Position numbers and translations under genes: made by a program | Notes under the pieces: model-generated | Told to the model about the DNA's origin: nothing | Database searches by the model: none | What the model saw: only the letters and a program-made list of their open reading frames with translations | In this document: in pieces, positions 1 through 10,619 of the stretch | How positions within the stretch are numbered: position 1 is the first letter of the stretch | How the letters are laid out: each line of letters starts with the position of its first letter | Assembly: GCF_009914755.1 (NCBI RefSeq) | Contig: NC_060948.1 | DNA length: 64,000 nt | Reading direction: 5' to 3' (one strand) | From: the human T2T-CHM13v2.0 reference genome, Homo sapiens

Positions 1-960
1 AGTGTTATGGAACGGACTCAAAAGGAATTGAATGTAATAGAATGGAGTGGAGTGGACTCGAATATAATGGACTGGAATGGAATGAAATCACATGGAATGG
101 GAACGAATGGAATGGAATGGAAAGGAATGGAATCGAATGGAAAGGAATCGAACGGAAGGGAATAAAATTGAATCAACAGGAATGGAAGGGAATAGAATAG
201 ACGGTAATGGAATGGACTCGAATAGAATGGACACGAATGCTCAAATTGAATGGACTCGAAAGGAATGGAAAGGAAAGGAATGTCATCGAATGGAATTGAA
301 TCGATTGGAATGAAATCGCATAGAATGGAGTGGAATCAAATGGAATTGAATCGAAAGGAAAGGAAGCGAATGGACTGAAATGAAATGGAATGGAATTGAA
401 TGGAAATTAATGCAATGGAATAGAATGGAACGAAATTTCACGGAATGGAATCAAACTGAATGGAATCAAATCAATGGAATCTAATCAAATGGAATGGAAA
501 GGAATTGAATGGAGTAGATTGGATTGGATGGGATTGGAATGAAATGTACTGGAAAGGACTCGAATTTCATGAAACGGAATGGAATGAATTGGAACGGAAT
601 GGACTCGAATGGAATGGAATGTCATGGAATGGCATCAAATGGAATGGCATCAAATGGAATGGAATCGAATGCAATGGAATGCTATGGAATGGAATGGAAT
701 GCATTGGAATGGAATGTCCTCTAATGGAATGGATTCGAGTGGAATGGAATCGAATATAATGGAGTCGAATGAAATGGAATTGAAAGGAATGGGATCGAAT
801 ACAATGGAATATACTGGAATGAAATGTAATGAACTCGAATGTAATTGACTGGAATGGAATGTACATGAATGGAATGTAATCGAATGGAAAGTAATCCAAT
901 GGAATAGAATCTAATGCAATAAAATCGACTCAAATAGAGTAGAATGTAATGGAATGGAGT

Positions 961-1010
961 GCAGTGCAATGGAATGGAATGGAATGGAATGGAATGGAAT
1001 GGGATGGAAT
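961..1010 (+). repeat. Hypervariable near-pure (GGAAT)n microsatellite tract within each unit (unit 1 copy)
   Basis: Lies between GCAGTG and GGTATGG; 50-100 bp in 5-bp steps across units. Confidence 0.85.
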
Positions 1011-1326
1011 GGTATGGAATGGATAGTAATGGACTGGAGTGAAATGGACTGGAAAGGAATGGACTCAAATTGAAAGGGCTCGAAAGGAATGGAGTCAAAT
1101 GGAATGATCTGGAATGGAATGAACACGAATGTAATGCAATCCAATAGAATGGAATCGAATGGCATGGAATATAAAGAAATGGAATCGAAGAGAATGGAAA
1201 CAAATGGAATGGAATTGAATGGAATGGAATTGAATGGAATGGGAAGGAATGGAGTGAAATTGTATGCAGTAGAAGAGAATAGAATGGAATGCAAGCGAAA
1301 GGAAAGGAATGGATTGGAATGGAATG

Positions 1327-1370
1327 GAATTCATTGGAATGGAAGGGAATGTAGTGTAATGGACAGGCCT
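1327..1370 (+). other. Unit-defining EcoRI (GAATTC 1327-1332) and StuI/HaeIII (AGGCCT 1365-1370) sites
   Basis: Seen once per unit; explains the classic male-specific HaeIII/EcoRI DYZ1 band. Confidence 0.85.
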
Positions 1371-1739
1371 GGAATAAAGTGGAATGCTACGGTCTCGAAT
1401 GGAATAAAAATGTATGGAATGGAATGCAATGAAACGGAATCGAATGTCATAGAATGTAATGGAATGCAAAAAATGGATTCCAAAATCACTGACTGGAAAG
1501 GCTGGGTGTCGAAAGGAATTGACTCCAATGGAATGGAATCGAATGGAATGGAAGTGAATAGAATCGAACTAAATCGAATGGAATGGAATTGATAGGAACG
1601 GAATGGAAAAGAATGCAATGATTTGGCATGGAATGGAATCGAATGGCATCGAATGGAATGGAATGGAATGCAATGGAATGGAATGTGTTAGAATGTAATG
1701 AACTTTAATGGAATGTACTCGAATGGATTCGACTGGAAT

Positions 1740-1754
1740 GGAATGTTCTGGAAG
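1740..1754. promoter_or_regulatory. Perfect heat-shock element (nGAAnnTTCnnGAAn) #1, recurs per unit
   Basis: gGAAtgTTCtgGAAg. Motif match only. Broken (TTG) in units 14 and 17. Confidence 0.55.
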
Positions 1755-2019
1755 TGAATGGACTCCAATGGAATGGATTCAAAAGGAATGGAATCGTACG
1801 GAATGGAATCTAATGGAATGGAATTAAATGGAAATGAATCAAATGGAATAGCACGGAATTGAATTGAATGGAATCGAGTGCAATGGAATCTAATGAAACG
1901 GAAAGGAAAGGAATGGAATGGAATGGAATGGGCTGGAATGGAAAGGAATCGAAATGAATGGAATGGAATCGAACTGAAGAGACTGGAATGGAATGCACTG
2001 GAATGGAAGGGAGTGTAAT

Positions 2020-2034
2020 GGAAGGTTCTCGAAA
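2020..2034. promoter_or_regulatory. Perfect heat-shock element #2, recurs per unit
   Basis: gGAAggTTCtcGAAa; intact in all 18 units as read by eye. Confidence 0.55.
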
Positions 2035-3040
2035 AAAATGGAATCGAATGGAATGGAATTGAATGGAACGGAATAGAGTCGAATGGAATTGAATGGAATG
2101 GAATGGACTAGAGTGAAATGGAATAGAACCACAAGGAATGGACAGGAATAGAATAGTCTCGAATTGAATGGAATCGTATGGAATGGCATCAAACGGAATG
2201 GAATGGATAGCCACGGAATGGAATGCACTCCAATGCAATGGAGTCGAAACTAATGGACTGGAATAGAATGGACTCGACTGGTACGGACTCCAATGGAATG
2301 GAATCGAATGGAAGGAAATCGAATGGAATGGACTCGAAGGGAAAAGACTGCAATGGAATGGTCTCGAATGGAATGGAAATTAATGGAATGGAATGGAATC
2401 GAATGAAATGGAGTCAAAAGGAATGGAATCGAATGGCAAGAAATCGAATGTAATGGAATCGCAAGGAATTGATGTGAAAGGAACAGAATGGAATGGAATC
2501 CAAAGGAATGGAATAGAATGGAATGGAATCGAATGGAAAGGACTCGAATGGAAATCACTCGAATAGAATGCAATTTAATAAAATAGGATCAAATGTAATG
2601 GAATGGAATGGAAAGGAATCGAAACGAAAGGAATGGAGACAGATGGAATGGAATGGAACAGAGAGCAATGGTATAGAATGGAATGGAATCATCTGGAATG
2701 GAATTGAATGGAATGGAATAATATGAAATGGAATGGAATGGAATGGAATGCCCTTGAATTAAATGGACTGGAATGGAATGGACTCGAACAGAGTGGAATG
2801 GAAAGTGTTGAGATAGAATGGAATGGACTCCTTTGGAATGGTGTAGTATGCAATGCAATCGACTGGCAGGGAATCAAAAGGAATGTAATCGAATGGATTG
2901 GACTGGAATGCAATGGACTCGAATAGATTGGAAACGGAATGCAAAGGAATGGAATGGAATAGTATGGAATGGAATGGAAAGGAATGGAGTGGAATAGACT
3001 AGAGTGGAATGGAATGGACTGGAAAGCAATGGACTGGAAT

Positions 3041-3055
3041 GGAACTTTCTTGAAT
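3041..3055. promoter_or_regulatory. Perfect heat-shock element #3, recurs per unit
   Basis: gGAActTTCttGAAt; intact in all 18 units as read by eye. Confidence 0.55.
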
Positions 3056-3523
3056 GGACTGGAATCAAACGGAATGGAATGCAATGCAATCAAATGGCAT
3101 GGAATAAAATAGAATGAAAGAGAATCAAATGGAATTGAATCGAATGGAATCGAATGGATTGGAAAGGAATAGAATGGAATGGAATGGAATTGACTCAAAT
3201 GGAATGGACTAGAATGGAATGGATTCGAATGGAAGGCAAAGGAATGGAATCTATTGGAATGGACTGTAATGGAATGGAATGGAAGGGATTGGAATGGACT
3301 CGAATGCAATGGACTGCAATAGAAAGGATTCGAATGGAATGAAAAAGAATTGAATGGAATAGAACAGAATGGAATCAAATCGAATGAAATGGAATGGAAT
3401 AGAAAGGAATGGAATGAAATGGAATGGAAAGGATTCGAATGGAATGCAATCGAATGGAATGGAATCGAACGGAATGGAATAAAATGGAAGAAAACTGGCA
3501 AGAAATGGAATCGAAATGAATGG

Positions 3524-6500
3524 AGTGTTATGGAACGGACTCAAAAGGAATTGAATGTAATAGAATGGAGTGGAGTGGACTCGAATATAATGGACTGGAA
3601 TGGAATGAAATCACATGGAATGGGAACGAATGGAATGGAATGGAAAGGAATGGAATCGAATGGAAAGGAATCGAACGGAAGGGAATAAAATTGAATCAAC
3701 AGGAATGGAAGGGAATAGAATAGACGGTAATGGAATGGACTCGAATAGAATGGACACGAATGCTCAAATTGAATGGACTCGAAAGGAATGGAAAGGAAAG
3801 GAATGTCATCGAATGGAATTGAATCGATTGGAATGAAATCGCATAGAATGGAGTGGAATCAAATGGAATTGAATCGAAAGGAAAGGAAGCGAATGGACTG
3901 AAATGAAATGGAATGGAATTGAATGGAAATTAATGCAATGGAATAGAATGGAACGAAATTTCACGGAATGGAATCAAACTGAATGGAATCAAATCAATGG
4001 AATCTAATCAAATGGAATGGAAAGGAATTGAATGGAGTAGATTGGATTGGATGGGATTGGAATGAAATGTACTGGAAAGGACTCGAATTTCATGAAACGG
4101 AATGGAATGAATTGGAACGGAATGGACTCGAATGGAATGGAATGTCATGGAATGGCATCAAATGGAATGGCATCAAATGGAATGGAATCGAATGCAATGG
4201 AATGCTATGGAATGGAATGGAATGCATTGGAATGGAATGTCCTCTAATGGAATGGATTCGAGTGGAATGGAATCGAATATAATGGAGTCGAATGAAATGG
4301 AATTGAAAGGAATGGGATCGAATAGAATGGAATATACTGGAATGTAATGTAATGAACTCGAATGTAATTGACTGGAATGGAATGTACATGAATGGAATGT
4401 AATCGAATGGAAAGTAATCCAATGGAATAGAATCTAATGCAATAAAATCGACTCAAATAGAGTAGAATGTAATGGAATGGAGTGCAGTGCAATGGAATGG
4501 AATGGAATGGAATGCAATGGAATAGAATGGAATGGAATGGAATGGGATGGAATGGTATGGAATGGATAGTAATGGACTGGAGTGAAATGGACTGGAAAGG
4601 AATGGACTCAAATTGAAAGGGCTCGAAAGGAATGGAGTCAAATGGAATGGTCTGGAATGGAATGAACACGAATGTAATGCAATCCAATAGAATGGAATCG
4701 AATGGCATGGAATTTAAAGAAATGGAATCGAAGAGAATGGAAACAAATGGAATGGAATTGAATGGAATGGAATTGAATGGAATGGGAAGGAATGGAGTGA
4801 AATTGTATGCAGTAGAAGAGAATAGAATGGAATGCAAGCGAAAGGAAAGGAATGGATTGGAATGGAATGGAATTCATTGGAATGGAAGGGAATGTAGTGT
4901 AATGGACAGGCCTGGAATAAAGTGGAATGCTACGGTCTCGAATGGAATAAAAATGTATGGAATGGAATGCAATGAAACGGAATCGAATGTCATAGAATGT
5001 AATGGAATGCAAAAAATGGAATCCAAAATCATTGACTGGAAAGGCTGGGTGTCGAAAGGAATTGACTCCAATGGAATGGAATCGAATGGAATGGAAGTGA
5101 ATAGAATCGAACTAAATCGAATGGAATGGAATTGATAGGAACGGAATGGAAAAGAATGCAATGATTTGGCATGGAATGGAATCGAATGGCATCGAATGGA
5201 ATGGAATGGAATGCAATGGAATGGAATGTGTTAGAATGTAATGAACTTTAATGGAATGTACTCGAATGGATTCGACTGGAATGGAATGTTCTGGAAGTGA
5301 ATGGACTCCAATGGAATGGATTCAAAAGGAATGGAATCGTACGGAATGGAATCTAATGGAATGGAATTAAATGGAAATGAATCAAATGGAATAGCACGGA
5401 ATTGAATTGAATGGAATCGAGTGCAATGGAATCTAATGAAACGGAAAGGAAAGGAATGGAATGGAATGGAATGGGCTGGAATGGAAAGGAATCGAAATGA
5501 ATGGAATGGAATCGAACTGAAGAGACTGGAATGGAATGCACTGGAATGGAAGGGAGTGTAATGGAAGGTTCTCGAAAAAAATGGAATCGAATGGAATGGA
5601 ATTGAATGGAACGGAATAGAGTCGAATGGAATTGAATGGAATGGAATGGACTAGAGTGAAATGGAATAGAACCACAAGGAATGGACAGGAATAGAATAGT
5701 CTCGAATTGAATGGAATCGTATGGAATGGCATCAAACGGAATGGAATGGATAGCCACGGAATGGAATGCACTCCAATGCAATGGAGTCGAAACTAATGGA
5801 CTGGAATAGAATGGACTCGACTGGTACGGACTCCAATGGAATGGAATCGAATGGAAGGAAATCGAATGGAATGGACTCGAAGGGAAAAGACTGCAATGGA
5901 ATGGTCTCGAATGGAATGGAAATTAATGGAATGGAATGGAATCGAATGAAATGGAGTCAAAAGGAATGGAATCGAATGGCAAGAAATCGAATGTAATGGA
6001 ATCGCAAGGAATTGATGTGAAAGGAACAGAATGGAATGGAATCCAAAGGAATGGAATAGAATGGAATGGAATCGAATGGAAAGGACTCGAATGGAAATCA
6101 CTCGAATAGAATGCAATTTAATAAAATAGGATCAAATGTAATGGAATGGAATGGAAAGGAATCGAAACGAAAGGAATGGAGACAGATGGAATGGAATGGA
6201 ACAGAGAGCAATGGTATAGAATGGAATGGAATCATCTGGAATGGAATTGAATGGAATGGAATAATATGAAATGGAATGGAATGGAATGGAATGGAATGCC
6301 CTTGAATTAAATGGACTGGAATGGAATGGACTCGAACAGAGTGGAATGGAAAGTGTTGAGATAGAATGGAATGGACTCCTTTGGAATGGTGTAGTATGCA
6401 ATGCAATCGACTGGCAGGGAATCAAAAGGAATGTAATCGAATGGATTGGACTGGAATGCAATGGACTCGAATAGATTGGAAACGGAATGCAAAGGAATGG

Positions 6501-7071
6501 AATGGAATAGTATGGAATGGAATGGAAAGGAATGGAGTGGAATAGACTAGAGTGGAATGGAATGGACCTGAAAGCAATGGACTGGAATGGAACTTTCTTG
6601 AATGGACTGGAATCAAACGGAATGGAATGCAATGCAATCAAATGGCATGGAATAAAATAGAATGAAAGAGAATCAAATGGAATTGAATCGAATGGAATCG
6701 AATGGATTGGAAAGGAATAGAATGGAATGGAATGGAATTGACTCAAATGGAATGGACTAGAATGGAATGGATTCGAATGGAAGGCAAAGGAATGGAATCT
6801 ATTGGAATGGACTGTAATGGAATGGAATGGAAGGGATTGGAATGGACTCGAATGGAATGGACTGCAATAGAAAGGATTCGAATGGAATGAAAAAGAATTG
6901 AATGGAATAGAACAGAATGGAATCAAATCGAATGAAATGGAATGGAATAGAAAGGAATGGAATGAAATGGAATGGAAAGGATTCGAATGGAATGCAATCG
7001 AATGGAATGGAATCGAACGGAATGGAATAAAATGGAAGAAAACTGGCAAGAAATGGAATCGAAATGAATGG
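3524..7071 (+). repeat. DYZ1 unit 2 (3548 bp), left subfamily
   Basis: Landmark spacing; A6 tract; GGACCTGAAAGC variant at ~6565. Confidence 0.9.
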
Positions 7072-10000
7072 AGTGTTATGGAACGGACTCAAAAGGAATT
7101 GAATGTAATAGAATGGAGTGGAGTGGACTCGAATATAATGGACTGGAATGGAATGAAATCACATGGAATGGGAACGAATGCAATGGAATGGAAAGGAATG
7201 GAATCGAATGGAAAGGAATCGAATGGAAGGGAATGAAATTGAATCAACAGGAATGGAAGGGAATAGAATAGACGGTAATGGAATGGACTCGAATAGAATG
7301 GACACGAATGCTCAAATTGAATGGACTCGAAAGGAATGGAAAGGAAAGGAATGTCATCGAATGGAATTGAATCGATTGGAATGAAATCGCATAGAATGGA
7401 GTGGAATCAAATGGAATTGAATCGAAAGGAAAGGAAGCGAATGGACTGAAATGAAATGGAATGGAATTGAATGGAAATTAATGCAATGGAATAGAATGGA
7501 ACGAAATTTCACGGAATGGAATCAAACTGAATGGAATCAAATCAATGGAATATAATCAAATGGAATGGAAAGGAATTGAATGGAGTAGATTGGATTGGAT
7601 GGGATTGGAATGAAATGTACTGGAAAGGACTCGAATTTCATGAAACGGAATGGAATGAATTGGAACGGAATGGACTCGAATGGAATGGAATGTCATGGAA
7701 TGGCATCAAATGGAATGGCATCAAATGGAATGGAATCGAATGCAATGGAATGCTATGGAATGGAATGGAATGCATTGGAATGGAATGTCCTCTAATGGAA
7801 TGGATTCGAGTGGAATGGAATCGAATATAATGGAGTCTAATGAAATGGAATTGAAAGGAATGGGATCGAATAGAATGGAATATACTGGAATGTAATGTAA
7901 TGAACTCGAATGTAATTGACTGGAATGGAATGTACATGAATGGAATGTAATCGAATGGAAAGTAATCCAATGGAATAGAATCTAATGCAATAAAATCGAC
8001 TCAAATAGAGTAGAATGTAATGGAATGGAGTGCAGTGCAATGGAATGGAATGGAATGGAATGCAATGGAATAGAATGGAATGGAATGGAATGGGATGGAA
8101 TGGTATGGAATGGATAGTAATGGACTGGAGTGAAATGGACTGGAAAGGAATGGACTCAAATTGAAAGGGCTCGAAAGGAATGGAGTCAAATGGAATGGTC
8201 TGGAATGGAATGAACACGAATGTAATGCAATCCAATAGAATGGAATCGAATGGCATGGAATTTAAAGAAATGGAATCGAAGAGAATGGAAACAAATGGAA
8301 TGGAATTGAATGGAATGGAATTGAATGGAATGGGAAGGAATGGAGTGAAATTGTATGCAGTAGAAGAGAATAGAATGGAATGCAAGCGAAAGGAAAGGAA
8401 TGGATTGGAATGGAATGGAATTCATTGGAATGGAAGGGAATGTAGTGTAATGGACAGGCCTGGAATAAAGTGGAATGCTACGGTCTCGAATGGAATAAAA
8501 ATGTATGGAATGGAATGCAATGAAACGGAATCGAATGTCATAGAATGTAATGGAATGCAAAAAATGGAATCCAAAATCATTGACTGGAAAGGCTGGGTGT
8601 CGAAAGGAATTGACTCCAATGGAATGGAATCGAATGGAATGGAAGTGAATAGAATCGAACTAAATCGAATGGAATGGAATTGATAGGAACGGAATGGAAA
8701 AGAATGCAATGATTTGGCATGGAATGGAATCGAATGGCATCGAATGGAATGGAATGGAATGCAATGGAATGGAATGTGTTAGAATGTAATGAACTTTAAT
8801 GGAATGTACTCGAATGGATTCGACTGGAATGGAATGTTCTGGAAGTGAATGGACTCCAATGGAATGGATTCAAAAGGAATGGAATCGTACGGAATGGAAT
8901 CTAATGGAATGGAATTAAATGGAAATGAATCAAATGGAATAGCACGGAATTGAATTGAATGGAATCGAGTGCAATGGAATCTAATGAAACGGAAAGGAAA
9001 GGAATGGAATGGAATGGAATGGGCTGGAATGGAAAGGAATCGAAATGAATGGAATGGAATCGAACTGAAGAGACTGGAATGGAATGCACTGGAATGGAAG
9101 GGAGTGTAATGGAAGGTTCTCGAAAAAAATGGAATCGAATGGAATGGAATTGAATGGAACGGAATAGAGTCGAATGGAATTGAATGGAATGGAATGGACT
9201 AGAGTGAAATGGAATAGAACCACAAGGAATGGACAGGAATAGAATAGTCTCGAATTGAATGGAATCGTATGGAATGGCATCAAACGGAATGGAATGGATA
9301 GCCACGGAATGGAATGCACTCCAATGCAATGGAGTCGAAACTAATGGACTGGAATAGAATGGACTCGACTGGTACGGACTCCAATGGAATGGAATCGAAT
9401 GGAAGGAAATCGAATGGAATGGACTCGAAGGGAAAAGACTGCAATGGAATGGTCTCGAATGGAATGGAAATTAATGGAATGGAATGGAATCGAATGAAAT
9501 GGAGTCAAAAGGAATGGAATCGAATGGCAAGAAATCGAATGTAATGGAATCGCAAGGAATTGATGTGAAAGGAACAGAATGGAATGGAATCCAAAGGAAT
9601 GGAATAGAATGGAATGGAATCGAATGGAAAGGACTCGAATGGAAATCACTCGAATAGAATGCAATTTAATAAAATAGGATCAAATGTAATGGAATGGAAT
9701 GGAAAGGAATCGAAACGAAAGGAATGGAGACAGATGGAATGGAATGGAACAGAGAGCAATGGTATAGAATGGAATGGAATCATCTGGAATGGAATTGAAT
9801 GGAATGGAATAATATGAAATGGAATGGAATGGAATGGAATGGAATGCCCTTGAATTAAATGGACTGGAATGGAATGGACTCGAACAGAGTGGAATGGAAA
9901 GTGTTGAGATAGAATGGAATGGACTCCTTTGGAATGGTGTAGTATGCAATGCAATCGACTGGCAGGGAATCAAAAGGAATGTAATCGAATGGATTGGACT

Positions 10001-10619
10001 GGAATGCAATGGACTCGAATAGATTGGAAACGGAATGCAAAGGAATGGAATGGAATAGTATGGAATGGAATGGAAAGGAATGGAGTGGAATAGACTAGAG
10101 TGGAATGGAATGGACCTGAAAGCAATGGACTGGAATGGAACTTTCTTGAATGGACTGGAATCAAACGGAATGGAATGCAATGCAATCAAATGGCATGGAA
10201 TAAAATAGAATGAAAGAGAATCAAATGGAATTGAATCGAATGGAATCGAATGGATTGGAAAGGAATAGAATGGAATGGAATGGAATTGACTCAAATGGAA
10301 TGGACTAGAATGGAATGGATTCGAATGGAAGGCAAAGGAATGGAATCTATTGGAATGGACTGTAATGGAATGGAATGGAAGGGATTGGAATGGACTCGAA
10401 TGGAATGGACTGCAATAGAAAGGATTCGAATGGAATGAAAAAGAATTGAATGGAATAGAACAGAATGGAATCAAATCGAATGAAATGGAATGGAATAGAA
10501 AGGAATGGAATGAAATGGAATGGAAAGGATTCGAATGGAATGCAATCGAATGGAATGGAATCGAACGGAATGGAATAAAATGGAAGAAAACTGGCAAGAA
10601 ATGGAATCGAAATGAATGG
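7072..10619 (+). repeat. DYZ1 unit 3 (3548 bp), left subfamily
   Basis: Landmark spacing; shares private variants with unit 2 (3' part) and unit 4 (5' part). Confidence 0.9.

Larger units (their letters stand above)
1..3523 (+). repeat. DYZ1 unit 1 (3523 bp), left subfamily
   Basis: Bounded by AGTGTTATGG landmarks. A6 tract at ~1468, shortest variable tract (50 bp), -5 bp near 2730. Confidence 0.9.

Noticed and set aside
431-574. Additional HSE-like sites CGAAATTTCACGGAA and CGAATTTCATGAA
   Set aside because: Spacing or the third GAA is imperfect, so they were not counted as canonical HSEs.
871-3010. Internal sub-repeat within the unit (recurring GACTCCAATGG, GGTCTCGAA, GACTAGAGTG, GTAATCGAATGG)
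   Set aside because: Motifs recur but at no consistent spacing I could establish by eye. A pentamer-masked self-dotplot would be needed.
917-3490. Several AATAAA hexamers per unit as polyadenylation signals
   Set aside because: Easily produced by mutation of GGAATGGAAT, with no downstream GU/U-rich element and no transcript evidence available.
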